Numbered from the stretch's first letter, positions 13,954-27,141 are shown. The stretch: DNA of 64,000 nucleotides from Hamiltosporidium tvaerminnensis FI-OER-3-3 (GCA_022605425.2 CM061252.1:124001-188000), one strand, 5' to 3'. Numbers and translations are program-made. Notes: generated by a model not told the origin, from the sequence alone.

Positions 13954-14419
13954 TTTCTTGTTACGGAATTTATATTTGAATCGATCTATGGAAATAATTA
14001 AATTTATGATTGCATGATTTTTTTTGGGAGTATTAATCTTTTATAACTAGTTCTGTATATATTTTTTCGAGGAGAAACACAATCTTCTGAATTTTTTTGG
14101 TTTATTTCTAGTTTCCTTTGATATTAGCTTTTTGTAACATCACTAAAAACAACTATACATATGCTCATAATCTTAGTGATATTCGGTTATATCTATGCAC
14201 ATAAACATTACTTCTTCTATGTATTTTTAAATTCAGACGTTTCTTGTTCTCATTCTACAACAAATTTGGATTATATTTCCAGTATTAGATGAAAAACTAC
14301 AAGTAGAGTATATAATCCGTTGAACAACCCCTATTTTGTTTTTTATTTCTATAAAATGATTCGAAATTATATTAAAAATATGGAATTAGAAATATTTCAA
14401 CTGAAGATATATTGTTAAA

Positions 14420-15240
14420 AAAGAAATTAGTCATACTGTTAAACTTAAAATTGATTCCTCGTATGATTTTTTCCGGAGCTTTCGCTTCTGAATAGAGAGC
14501 TTTTCTGACTACGAGCCTTCAAAAGAAGTTTTTTTAAAGTTTTAACTTTAAAATTTTACTTTTTATGTTATTTTTTCCTAGGGATCCAGAGTTTGCCTTG
14601 CGTCTCACCTCTTCATAGTCAGCTTTCGGTTGCCCTGATGATTCGAGCTGAATAAGTAATGATCTTGGGTACATCAAATTTATATATTCACCCGTCATCT
14701 GTGTAATGAGGACCAAAACTTTACTTTAAAAAATAATACGGATGTTCTCCACTTTGAACTACTACATTCAGATTTACTCTTCTGTGAGTTCCTTGATTTT
14801 ACATAATAAATTCCCTCTCGGGTTAATATATAGTATAGTGTCGGTCAACAAACATGGCTAGTTGAGACAAGTGGCGTTCTAGGTTGCTTTATATTCTCTT
14901 ACGGTCTTAATTCTCTTTTTGCTTAGTTTTGTGCTAATATTTGAAACACATCGATATCAAAAGTATGTCAATTTCGCATTTTAGTGCCCAGGATTCCGGA
15001 CTAGCCATTTCTGAGCATTCTCTCAAATCTGGTTTGCACTGCTAGTAAGCAGATCTAAACCATACCTGCTCAAGGGCTGTAATAGAGTCAAGCATTAAAT
15101 GTAATACCATCGGTTTTCTCATTATGGAATAGCAGCGGTATTGAGATTTTCTATGCTGGCACTGGCCGCCAGGCAGAGTAATTTAGGCAAGAAAACTAGA
15201 CTATTCCGGCAAGTTAGCTTGATTGTAAAGGTATTTTATT
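14420..15240 (-). mobile_element. Fragment of the N-terminal region of the RLE non-LTR element family
   Basis: Reverse complement GAGCAGGTATGGTTTAGATCTGCT...GAATGCTCAGAAATGGCT matches GAGCAGGAATGGCCTAGATCTGCT...GAATGCCTAGAAATGGCT at ~40987-41058; similarity continues to ~41620. Confidence 0.75.
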
Positions 15241-15479
15241 ATGAATGTTCAGTTGGTGTGTAACTCTCTCAAATGTTGTTAATACGCCTAAGTACCATGT
15301 TTTTATCCCTTATACTTATTTTTCGAGATACTTACAGCCTTTATTTTTTTCATTTTTCATATGTTTGCTGCAGTGTCGTCTTTCAAGCCTTTATTTAATG
15401 TTTTCAAAAATTATATTTGATTATAAATCAATAAAAGGTAAATATTTCCTGTGTATTTACCTTTCTATATTAAACTTTT

Positions 15480-16250
15480 GAGTTCTGACAACCCGCTTTT
15501 TCTTTAGAGTTATCAATTCCATGAAGTCTTTAAAATATATTTGTGATACTTTATAAGCAAGGGCCAACAAATAAAATAATTTCCAAAATGATTCTTGATT
15601 ATAATCCCCTTTTCAATTTTGTTCCGCATGCTTAATGATCATCTTCATTACGCGCGGTTTCAAATTCGGATTGACGAATTCAAGAGATATATATTTGAAG
15701 TGTTTCAAATTTTCTTCATTTAGAAAAACTTTCCGAAAAGTTGTATTTCTGGAAGAAAATGGTTTTTCACAGTAACAGCTTTGATATTCGTGTATATTTT
15801 TTCGCATTGTTAGTGGAAATAATTTGGATTATTTCACTCGAGCGCTATTTTCTCTTGTGGTCAAATTTAGAAGTTTTAACAAAGTGAAGGGATTTTTACG
15901 ACTTATTGAGTTTCCGCTGCATATGTAACAGCGTATGTAGACTTTATATGCTTTGAAAATCCGGAAATTTAGTTATAAAAGGAAATCCCAAAATTTGTAG
16001 AAACGTTGAAAATCTTTAAGCATGTCTGTACTCTTCTTCCAATCTTTATGGCAATCTCAAACCTACTTTTTATGTTCTAAATTCATCTATAATGTCGGGT
16101 TTTTCTGTGTTCTTTTGCTATTCTAGTAGCTTTGATCATTTTCTCCTTGGCTATCTAGTGTAACAAACAAAATTGTGCTCGTATTTTTATTCATCTGAAT
16201 CAATGATACTATTTTTCTATAATAGATCCATGCGCGTATGAAGATAATAT
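15480..16250 (-). mobile_element. Possible decayed fragment of a different non-LTR element (pre-RT region)
   Basis: Weak NxxFxxNxxxFxxxL-like and KxAG-like remnants in ORF 15613-15807 and downstream; GC above background. Confidence 0.3.
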
Positions 16251-17194
16251 TTGCCTTTATACACTGAAATAAATATTATTGTTGTTGTTGTAAAAAAATT
16301 TACATCGCTGTTTATTTTTTTTTAATATTTAGGAGCCAAATAATTTAGTCTACTGCTTTAAAGTTTGCTAGATATTCTATGAACATATTTTAAAAATTAA
16401 AAATGTAGATTTAGAAATCAAGCCAAAATGAAAATTTATATTTTTCTTTTGGCTTCTAATTTTTTTACTTCCCGAATTTTTTAGAAGATATATTTTTAAA
16501 TTTATGAAATATATTTACTCAATTAAAATATTTAGGCGAGCTAATTGATATAAGTTTGTACATCAATTGCTTGCATAATTATTTTTTAATATAAACTTTT
16601 ATAAGGTATACTTCCTGCACATATGATAGGGATTTATGTTGGTTTGATGAGTTCAATTGATTACATTATGTTTTTAATTCATATATTGCGTTTATACTAG
16701 TGACGCTGAGGTTAAAAGATAGTGATATTCAGCTACTGATATAGGTGCTATATTATTCATCTTAGGGCAGTCAATATTTTATTTTGGTTTTTTTAAGATC
16801 ATATATACTTATTACAATAAAGAATGATGCCAAATCTTGATCGTGATAAATAAAACTGGATTTTAGATATGGCCCAGGCTCTTTAATCTCATAATAACTT
16901 GATTAAGTAGTTTATTAAATTATATGCTAACGCAAGATTTTTACCAGCCAAAAACGCTTTATTTTATTCATAGTTCGAAAGAAAATATTAAGAGGTAACA
17001 TAAAACAGTAGATCAAAATACATCCAACATTAATTTATTTAAATCAAAAAGAAAGCACAATTAAAATCTTTATCCATCAACATAAAGAGATCTAGAATAA
17101 CATTTAAGTCGAAATGAACGTTATGTGATAAATTATAATTTAAAGGTTTTAATTAAATTGCTTATTTATATGAAAACCTCTTCTTTTAGCCTTC

Positions 17195-19882
17195 ATGGAT
17201 ATTGAATTTTTTAATTTTATAGGAATTACATGGATATATATGAACAAGAACAGACATTCAATAAATATGAAGAAAGGGATATGGTTTTCTAGGCACAATA
17301 ATAGATATTCTTTGATCGCCTTATATTTGTTGCTTTTATTAAACTCGAATATTTGCTATAAAATTGAAATTTGTTTTGTGAAAGAAGACGAGTTTGGTTC
17401 AGACTCATTTAATGATAAATGTGCACTCGAAAATTTAGATAGTAAAAGTATAGGGACCGTACAAAGTAACGCAATGAGGAGCATAGAAGAGAATTTTCAT
17501 GATGAAAATTTCATATCTAATAAAGCTGTTCAATATTCCCAAACCTTGAATTCTGAAAATTCAATGGACTACTCATTTCGGTTTAATAAAACTACACAAG
17601 GTGCAGAAATAGATCAAAATTCTATATTTAACTCTGAAAATTACCAGAATTATTATAATAATAAATCGGATAGTGATATGGAATTCATGGAGGAAGATGA
17701 TAATATAGTTCGAGAAACCATAAATTCTTCTGCATTAAATGAAAAATATAATTTTGAAATGCCCGGTTTTGATTGTATAGCTAAAAACAATTCATCTTTG
17801 GTCTTCGAATATCCAGGTAAATTTGAAATTAGGTCAAAATATTTTGACAGAAAGTTTGAATCAAATACTCATTCGTATAAATTATATATAGCAGAAATTA
17901 CCAGAAATGGTGTGGATTTTCAAACATTTAGAATATTTCTTACTGTGTTACGCTTTGGATGCAATCCCATCTCTTTTGGATTACAAAAGGAACAACTGAT
18001 GGATTTCGTTGAGCTTTTCTTTGATTTATATTGCTATTCAGAATCAATTATAATTTTGAATATTTTTAAATGCTTATTCCCGCTATTGGTCTTATATAAA
18101 TATGAAATGTTTGATAATGAAATTATCAGATTAAACCAGGAAAACTTAGGCAGATTGCGAAAAATTCTCATACCATTTTTTAAAACATTTTATGAATGCA
18201 TCAATGTAATATTCGATGTAAAAGAAAATGAAATATTATTTGTCGAAAAATGTCAGCCAAAAAAATTTTATTTTTTTAATGAAAAAAACATTCAGAATAT
18301 AAAGATTAGAACAACACCAGACGCGATAAACTACATGAAGAATAAAATTTTCGATGCAAAAAAAACAGAAATGTATTTATGGTTGCTTAGCATTTATCAA
18401 ATAGATGGAATACGGGTGTCATATGATAATATTTATTATTCTGAATGTATAGATTCGGATTTTGCGAGTAATTTTTTGTGCAAAACTGCCTATAGCGTAG
18501 ATACAGAACCTGTTTGCTTGGATTTTATGCCTTTCAATGTTTTTATACCGAAAGAAGATTTAAATATAAAATATATTGAACTTGAACGGATAAATATTTC
18601 GAGCAAAATGCTATTACTAATTAAAGATTGTTCTAATCTAGAGTCGCTGATTTTGGTAAAGTGTGTGTTCCCTGTAAATTTTATTGCCTCGGTTTATATT
18701 TATGAAAATTTTAAGAATTTGAAAATTTTTCGATATGTTGGATTTCCGTTATATATTAGCCAATTTAAAAATCTAATTTTTAAAAACCTTGTAGCCTTAG
18801 ATTTATCTTGTTCATTTTTTCGTGGAAGTATAGCCAACATTAAATTTCCCGAACAAAAACCTTCACTAAAATGTCTAAGATTGGATTACTCTAAACTTAA
18901 TGTCTTTATTCTGAATTTTCTGATTAAAGACCAGTCATTGGAAATATTAAGTCTCAGAGGCGTAATTCTCTATAACTTATTACATACTGATGCTCTTTCT
19001 GGGTGGCAAAACCACTTTTATTTTTTAGATATTTCTAGATGTAAGTTTAATTTTCTTCTTTCGAAAGGAAACTTATTCCAAAATTTAGATGTCTGGATAC
19101 TCTATTTAGAAAATTTCGATACAGTGGAACCAAATAAAATTTTATCTCAAAAATCATTGCATCAATCGACCAGAAGGCTGAGTTTAAGTCAAAGTCTTTT
19201 ATCTCCAGAAATTTTATATTATTTACAATGTTTTGAATATTTGGAACATTTAAACCTTTCTGGTTTACCTGTAAATCACTTGAGATGGGCTAAAGATCAT
19301 ATTTTCTATAATAGTAATTTACAGTCACTCGATTTGTCAGATTGGACAATAAGTCAAGAAGACTTGATATCTTTATCCCAATTTAAATATCTAAAAGAAC
19401 TATATATACCAAGATGTGATCTAAATGCTGGTTCTATGAAATATCTACTTAAAGAATGGATTCACACTAATGTCCTTGAAAAAATTGACGTTTCCGAAAA
19501 TCAACTTGATTTAGCAGATTTGGCTTTACTATGCCAGCTAATATGTTTAATCCATTTTATATTCAGTGTGGAAAGTAGCATTTTTTATAATTGTGATCGG
19601 ATCTTCGAAGATTTTCGCTTTATAAATTTGAAAATTTTGGTATTTGTACGTTGCTTTGTAAATAAAAGCCTATTTAAGTTCATATTAGCCCAGGTAGCAT
19701 TGAAAATTCTCGAATTCAGAGAATCTAAAATAGGTAAATGTGTTTTTTCTTACGATAGTTTTACTCTATTGAGATTTTTAGAAACAATAAATTTTTTACA
19801 TACTATTTTGGACCAAGAAGATATAAAGATTTTAGAACAATTACAAAGTATAGGTATCTGTGTAAATTTTTATGAACAATAA
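17195..19882 (+). CDS. 895-aa secreted leucine-rich-repeat-like protein (lineage-expanded family)
   Basis: Intact long ORF; hydrophobic YSLIALYLLLLLNSNIC segment; repeated LxxLDLS/LxxLxIS motifs in the C-terminal half. True start may be a downstream Met. Confidence 0.9.
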   Translation: MDIEFFNFIGITWIYMNKNRHSINMKKGIWFSRHNNRYSLIALYLLLLLNSNICYKIEICFVKEDEFGSDSFNDKCALENLDSKSIGTVQSNAMRSIEENFHDENFISNKAVQYSQTLNSENSMDYSFRFNKTTQGAEIDQNSIFNSENYQNYYNNKSDSDMEFMEEDDNIVRETINSSALNEKYNFEMPGFDCIAKNNSSLVFEYPGKFEIRSKYFDRKFESNTHSYKLYIAEITRNGVDFQTFRIFLTVLRFGCNPISFGLQKEQLMDFVELFFDLYCYSESIIILNIFKCLFPLLVLYKYEMFDNEIIRLNQENLGRLRKILIPFFKTFYECINVIFDVKENEILFVEKCQPKKFYFFNEKNIQNIKIRTTPDAINYMKNKIFDAKKTEMYLWLLSIYQIDGIRVSYDNIYYSECIDSDFASNFLCKTAYSVDTEPVCLDFMPFNVFIPKEDLNIKYIELERINISSKMLLLIKDCSNLESLILVKCVFPVNFIASVYIYENFKNLKIFRYVGFPLYISQFKNLIFKNLVALDLSCSFFRGSIANIKFPEQKPSLKCLRLDYSKLNVFILNFLIKDQSLEILSLRGVILYNLLHTDALSGWQNHFYFLDISRCKFNFLLSKGNLFQNLDVWILYLENFDTVEPNKILSQKSLHQSTRRLSLSQSLLSPEILYYLQCFEYLEHLNLSGLPVNHLRWAKDHIFYNSNLQSLDLSDWTISQEDLISLSQFKYLKELYIPRCDLNAGSMKYLLKEWIHTNVLEKIDVSENQLDLADLALLCQLICLIHFIFSVESSIFYNCDRIFEDFRFINLKILVFVRCFVNKSLFKFILAQVALKILEFRESKIGKCVFSYDSFTLLRFLETINFLHTILDQEDIKILEQLQSIGICVNFYEQ

Positions 19883-20420
19883 TATTCTATAGGAAATTGT
19901 TAGTAAATTTGTTTGATTAATTTGTATTCAAATTATAAAAAAAAGCTTTAATTTATTATATTTTGAAAATATTTGCATTTTAATCCAATATTTGTTATAC
20001 ATTTACACAATTGCTAATCTTTATTTTGCCACTAATTAAATAAAAATTTACAAATTTAAATTTCCTAAAAACATATTGGGATAATTATTCTATTTATACA
20101 TTTATAACTCGATTTTTATTTATAATTGAATATATATGGAAAAATTTTAATTTCTTTTTTTTCACAAAAATTATCTCATACTAAATCTTTTCGAAAATGG
20201 CATTTTAAATTTTAAACTAAATCGATTTTCCTTTTTTGCTCAAATAATTTGTTACGTATTCTTATAGATGTAATATTTCAAGTATTTCGACCGAACCCAT
20301 ATAAACCTTCATTGATGAATTCAAAATTTTGTTTTTCTTGTAAATATTAGTAAAAGAAATTTCGATGTTGTTACAGCTAAAAATTTAAGACATTTATATT
20401 TTATATGTTTGAAAGAATAT

Positions 20421-20640
20421 CCCGACCCTGCAGGGAGTATAATTGGCTTAAATTATTCTCTGCTTGTCGTAAGAGGCGACTAAAAGGAATCAGTCCTCTA
20501 GGTCGGAGTTGAGAGTAAGGCTAACAACCCACGCTTTAAGAACACCTTTTTTACAAAACCCAAAAAAGCAAACCAACCTACCGGAAAGAGACCGGTGGGC
20601 GGCATTACCGAGGGAGAATAAGGCTCGTATCTGGTTGTAG
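20421..20640 (+). ncRNA. Candidate structured (pseudoknotted, ribozyme-like) retroelement 5' leader
   Basis: GC-rich island. CCGACC(20422-27)/GGTCGG(20501-06) encloses hairpin 20430-63 and hairpin GTCG-TAAGAGG-CGAC; the loop AGAGG is complementary to CCTCT(20495-99). Followed by GGCTAACAACCC and a CCGG/CCGG hairpin. Confidence 0.5.
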
Positions 20641-20959
20641 TTCTGAGAATAATTGGATGAATGATTTTTGAAGAAACCTTCTTTTTTGTCTCAAATATAG
20701 TGAATTGCTGTTATAGGCTGAAGTTGAAATATTCTAGCTTAGATTAATTTATTTTTTTTGTCCTTTATGCTCAAATATATTTTCTCTGATTCGATATTTT
20801 ATATTCATCTCTTCATTTCTTTTAAGTGAAGCAAAATTTTTATTTCTCCATCAAGATTATCCTTTTAACAATTTGTTTGATTTATTTTTTTTACTCAATT
20901 TTTAATTAGGGTGTGTTTAGAGCAGAAATATATATGATTGTATCTCTATTTTTTATTTT

Positions 20960-21184
20960 TGAAACCAACACCCTCTTTAAAAGAAGAGAAGAGAGAGGAA
21001 GATGGTGCAAAAAATTTTAAACCGAAAAATAAAGCACCCCTTATTTCACAAGAACGGACCACTTTAGAGGAACCGACCAATAACATAAATAAAGAGTCGG
21101 ATTTGGAAGAAGAGACAAAAGTGGTTAGAGAGGTAGAAGAAAACAAATAAAAATGGTAAAAATATTTTAACCCAGAATTTTATT
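20960..21184 (+). mobile_element. 3'-terminal fragment of the RLE non-LTR element
   Basis: Close match to 2165-2388 (EEPTNNI..ESDLEEET..EVEENK*), ending TAACCCAGAATTTTATT. Confidence 0.88.
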
Positions 21185-24100
21185 TCTGAATATCTAAGCG
21201 TAATGATCTTTCTTGACTAGTAGGAACACCATAGAAAATTTTTATACTTCAGACGAATTTAGTCTATGTACTGAAACTTTCTCATCTAGTTTTGTTGAAT
21301 CCTTAAATACACGCATTTTATCTGCGAAAATCTCATCTAAGTATATTACACAGAGGTGGTTTGTCTAAAACTGCATAGCAAACATGACTTATTTCATAAG
21401 AAAATTTATAACTAAGTTCTATGGTTCCCACCGATCAAAACTAATCTTTTGAATGATACGGACTTCATTGAAGGAAATAAAATTTTTTATAAATATATCT
21501 ATGAATCAATTTTACATAATGATTCCTGATTAGTTTTGAAGTCGTCAGCTTTATTTATAAAATTAAAATTAGATCCTAATTTATTCAATATTACTTCTAA
21601 ATATTCATGCATAAGCCTTTTTTTAGATATATTTGCCAAATTACCCATTTTTTATAAGTTTTTACAATTTTTACAGTATATATTTCTGCTTTATATGTAT
21701 AAGTATCTTTATTATAACCAAAAATCTTCAATCATTGTGGCTTGATTCATTTTTTTAAGCCGCTATGGGGAATCATGAAACCGCATACCCTGACTTTCTT
21801 GAATTTTATCACCGTGATCCAAAGCTCTCTTTTATTTTGTTTTATCTATTTGCTAATTAATTTTAAATTTTATCTGGTAATTCCTTCTTTACTTTCATTT
21901 TTCTGACAAAGTTTTAATTTACAAAACATGTGTAATATAATGTTTAACTCCAATAGTCAACTCTATTCTAGCAAATAATTCAAGTTCTTCTTTTAGACGG
22001 TCTATTTCTAACAAAAATATATGGTAAATTCCAAACCGACACATCCGATTACTCTTATGTTGCAATCCAAGATATAAAAAACGATGCTATGTTAATTGTC
22101 TAAACTTTACATTATTATCAACATTCCTTATCCCAACCACTTCATTTAACCTACAGCTATCGGATTTTTACTCTAATATGGCTACGTATGATATTTATTG
22201 AGCTCTATTGTCATTGCTCAATTGGATGAAATAAATTACGGGTTATTCAATCATGTAAGGCAATGCTTTTAATGCTCTGTATAATCTTTTATTAGCTTAA
22301 ATAGCGAATCCAATCTCAGGCCTGCTTTGCGATAGTGAAATAATTTAAATATTTAGCAATCCCAGTTCTTTCTGGGAAACCAGTAGAGATGTCGGAATAC
22401 GAATAATTTTTGATTATTTTTTTTTCAATCTTTGGTGCTATTTTTGACTGAAAGGATGTAGTTTAGATATCTTTAAGGCGAGAAAGACTTTAAGGACTCC
22501 AAGAAGCTTACATCATCAATAGGAAAGGTTTTTTTTCGTATGAAATATATTTTTATTTATTCTCTATTGCATATTTCTAATTGTGATTTTATCATCATAT
22601 ATTTATAAACCAGGTAGTATAATATAATATTTAAAGAGACATCATTTCAAGTATTATGTTTGCTATATTTTAAGCGCTATTAAATTCATGAAAAAAGATC
22701 CAGATTTTTTTCATGCATAGTATCTTTTAGGTCAATTGAGAAAATTAATTTGTGTATTTTTTGTTGAGAAAAAGTTATTTAGGAAAAATCGAAGCCACGA
22801 AGAACTATAGAACCAGCATGAAGGATAACGAGCTACGAATAAAACAGTGTTGTTTAATTTCATATATTTTAAAGCACTGCTTAAATACTTTCCTAATTTC
22901 ATTTTTCCCAATAGTTATACTTTAACGTACTATTATTATGCAAAATATCTATAAGAATATATGTATCATATTCGAAGAAAGAATGAATAAAACTGCGCTT
23001 TCTATGTGGAATTCCTGCCAAATCCCATATTCTCAATCACTTTATTTAGTATTTAAAAACAAGATTTATATGATTTTAATTGGCGTTTTAATTTTTTTCC
23101 TTTGAAATTTAGAAAAGGTTCTGGTTTCTTCAATATAAATATTATTATCATGGCAGAACTTCTTCTTAATATATTGTTGAATTAGATACCTGCCTATTCA
23201 GTTGTTCTAAAATCCCACTTTTATTACTTAAATTCAAAATTCCATTTTTTTTTATCGAAATCTATTATTTTTGCTTACAAATTAAGCTTATGATATTCTA
23301 AATCAATAACCATTTATTTGAAATTCATGCCAATACAAATAGATCGAGGTCGTTGACTAAAAAATCGAAAATCTGATTACCTTGATAGTTCTATGTTTTT
23401 TTATATTAAAAACTAATACTACCTCTGAATACGCCTGATTTATTTTTTAATTAAATTAATAAATAAGACTTTTAGAAGAGAGGGTTATAATTTTAACAAA
23501 TTTTCTAATTGTAATCTTCGTTTTTTATTTTTTGGATCTAATTTTAATTTGAATATTTTATTTTGAGATGATTATTTTGAAATTAATTATGAATGCGGTT
23601 GCATCGTTAGACTGAAATACTAACGAAACATCCCGGTAGATAAAATATTAAATTAATTTTGCAGAATTTTTTTTTTGTTTTTCCGCTTATAACTTCTTAA
23701 GTATTTTAAATATATAAATTGCATTACAAATCTAAGAATGGTCATCATGGTTATCATATGTCTTCTTAACTCGATTTATTCGATAAAATATCGACACTTT
23801 TTGCAGTGTCAATTATATAATTGCTTTTATTTAGTAAAATTCCTATACTCAATACAATAATGTAGCTAATCATTACAGCAGCTGATAGGATTCAATAATA
23901 TATTTTTTATTAGATCTATTCTAATTATACTATAATGTGAATATGTAAATCGTCAGCTACCCTGCTTTTTGTGCTAAGTATTTTTTTCGAAACCATTAAC
24001 TATTCTTAACATTGCTTCATATGATATTTTATAACAAATTTGATCATTGATTGGATATTACCCATTAAATTTTTTCTTTGAAAGTACCTTTATGTTTTTT

Positions 24101-25377
24101 AATCTTCATCTGGATATCTATAATTAATCAAACAAAGTGTATTATTTGGTTTTCTTTATCAGTTTTAATAGACAATACTTTTGGCAAATGAGATTTAATA
24201 TATATATTTAAAGAAGCAAGAAAATAAATTGTTAATTCTGATACTATTATTCCATATATTACACTATTTAGTGTTTTAACAAAACATAATATCTTATAAT
24301 ATAACTGTATAGCGTATTGCTATTTTTTTATAGTTTCTATAGAATTAAACAGTTTCCGAAGAAGAATTCTGAAAATCTTAAAGTAGCTCAATTTGTAATA
24401 TATGTTAAAAACATAAATATTGGGCTCTATGTTCTGTGCGTCTGGGAATCCAAAAAACTCTAGATTTACTTGATTATTATTCTATAAATGTTTATGATCT
24501 TTATCAAGAAGTCCAGAGCATTCTTTTACGTATTTTCCTGTTTTACTATCTATCTACATTCTCAGGCCAACATAAAATGAGATAAGAACGTTTTAGATTT
24601 AACAATAAATGTGAAATATTTTCAAATAAAATTTTTGACTAAAAGTCAACGAAACATCATTGAATGCCTTTCGTCGAATGCTAATCTGTGAAAAATATGG
24701 TTTTTTTTAATCACAGTACACAGCCTTCTTTTATTATAAAGGTTTTAATAAAATTAAAAATATCATTTATTTAAACAAAATCCTTCGAAGAATCAAATTT
24801 CAATTAGAAAATATATTTTAGATATACTTTAGAAATTCTAGAAAAAATTTTCTTCTTTCATTTTAATTACACATATTTCCTAGTAAGTAATTTTAAACTG
24901 TGATTTATATCAGAAATGTATATATCTAACCAAGGTCTGTTGAGCATTTAAAATCTTATATAAATATTAAATATAAGCTCAGAGAGATTTTTAGAATAAT
25001 GTTTTTAGATTTTAGATAAAATATAAAAAATCTATATTTTCTACTTAATTAACAAAATAAAAGATAAAAAATGAAAATATTATTAGATCCTAAAACTTCC
25101 ATATAAGTTCTAATTCTGAAAATTAGTTTCGTTTCAATGTATACAAATAACTTTAACTTATTGTAATAAATTAAAACAAAGAAATCACGGGCATATATTA
25201 TAAACTTAGACTGAACAAAAATAAATAAAAATAAAACCAAAAAATAATCACACATCTATATTCACTTTTACAATGAATATTCTGAATGATTTTAACGAAT
25301 TAATTATCTTAAGATTTTTTTCAATATTTTTTTAATTTTAAATTTTGTTTTACCAAAATTATTCCGCCCTTTTTAAA

Positions 25378-25905
25378 ATGACCGCTACACAAATTTTAAA
25401 AACTCAAAATCTTAAAGATATTGTAATCTACAATCTATTAACTAACGGTATTTACAATACCAATGAAATAGTAAATATAATAGAAATAAATATATATTTA
25501 CGTGATATTGGCTATGAAGCAATATATTGGTATGACAAATCATGTATTATCCTTAAAAATACATTATTTAATTCAGATCACACACATGAAAATTTAAAAT
25601 CAAATCAAATAGAAGAAATAAAAGATATTTTTAAAAATATTTTAATTTCAGACCTTTCAGAAACAAATTATAAGAAATACAGTATGGCTAAATTCTTAAT
25701 ACAAAAACGTTGGATAGAAATAATTAATGGAAAAGCTAAAATGACGAAAATGTGTTTGATACAAAATACAGAATATCTTATTTCTATTACAGATAAATGT
25801 ACTAAATGCTCACTTTGTGATATTATTGTCTTGAATAGAAATACTCATGAATATTGTGAAAGAATATATAATGAAAGAATCTGTGATAATATACAGCGTG
25901 TTTAA
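25378..25905 (+). CDS. NSE1: Nse1-like SMC5/6 complex subunit with C-terminal RING-like zinc finger
   Basis: CCC motif then AAAATG at 25378; winged-helix-like FLIQKRWI segment; C-terminal CTKCSLCDIIV..HEYC. Confidence 0.65.
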   Translation: MTATQILKTQNLKDIVIYNLLTNGIYNTNEIVNIIEINIYLRDIGYEAIYWYDKSCIILKNTLFNSDHTHENLKSNQIEEIKDIFKNILISDLSETNYKKYSMAKFLIQKRWIEIINGKAKMTKMCLIQNTEYLISITDKCTKCSLCDIIVLNRNTHEYCERIYNERICDNIQRV

Positions 25906-26038
25906 TAAAATATTTTATAATTATTTAATATTTCTATATAAAGAAATTTAATTTAATTAATATAACATTTTAACAAAGAATCACAATAAATCTACATTTA
26001 AAAATTTGTGGTCTTTCTTAAATACAAGAAAAATATTT

Positions 26039-26566
26039 TTATGAATTTTCTTTATCTTCGATATTGAATTTAGAAAGTCTTTTAAAATCGTTTGGATTTA
26101 AAGTAGAATGTTTATTGAGAGCAGCAGCTATTTTATGTGGATTTTTCTTTTCTTCATTTAAAAATTTATTTTTAATTTGTTTACGAGTTTTGGATGGTAA
26201 AAATCGGTTTATCATAGTAAAATCTGTACCACAAATACTCAAAGCTTCAAAAAACGTATCACTTTCATTTTTAGGCCAACGACCAGCAGGAACACGTTTA
26301 GAATATGTAAGTGATGTTATTATTTTATCTGTGTCATTGGTAACTTGAAAATTTTCAGTATTTTCTTTTACCGTAAATGTAGCACTATGATCTATCACTA
26401 TCTTATTTTCTCGTATCGTTAATATATCTGGTGACTCTTGTTCTTTATCTGGCAATGAAACACTCATTTCTTTTATTTCTACTTTTAATTCTTCTTTTTT
26501 AATTTTTCTTTTTCGTTCTTCTTTAAAATTATCGTTGTTTAAAAAATGTGAAAGTTTTGGATCCAT
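26039..26566 (-). CDS. BDP1: TFIIIB B'' subunit Bdp1-like (SANT/Myb domain)
   Basis: RWPKNESDTFFEALSICGTDFTMINRFLPSKTRKQIKNKFLNEEK matches the Bdp1 SANT consensus; CCC motif upstream of ATG. Confidence 0.88.
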   Translation of the reverse strand: MDPKLSHFLNNDNFKEERKRKIKKEELKVEIKEMSVSLPDKEQESPDILTIRENKIVIDHSATFTVKENTENFQVTNDTDKIITSLTYSKRVPAGRWPKNESDTFFEALSICGTDFTMINRFLPSKTRKQIKNKFLNEEKKNPHKIAAALNKHSTLNPNDFKRLSKFNIEDKENS

Positions 26567-27141
26567 TTAGGGTGAAAAATAAAACATTTTAAAGATTTTA
26601 TATAATGTTTTAAATTTAAATTAAGTTTTGAATTTTGGTTTTTATAGTTTTTAATAATAGTGAATTTCTGTTAAATATTTTACATTTTATTTCTTTTTAT
26701 ACCTTTAGCTATGTTTTATTGATATTTTGACCTTTTTTTGTTCAAAATTGAAAATTAAATCATTTTTATGTTTTTTTCCTGAAAAATTATTGCTTCATAT
26801 TGTATATATATAATATAATATGTGTTTCCTTTCTGGACTACACCTTTCCAAACAGTTTATTATTTGGACATCCTTTTTCCTGTTTTGTAGAATAAATCAT
26901 GTCTTCTATCAAAAAAAAGCTTAATATTTGTGCAATCTCTATTCTGTGAATAAATATGTCTAGAGAATATGATCTTATAGTACATATATTTTGATGTATA
27001 GTATATAATCATCTCGGATCTACGTATTTTTAATGATTTCAATAGTACATTTGCTTGTGAGCGATATATATCGAATTTTTTTTATATTTTTCTTTCTGTA
27101 ATAAAAATCTTAGAACTAATTATAAATTTAAAATTGTTAAT

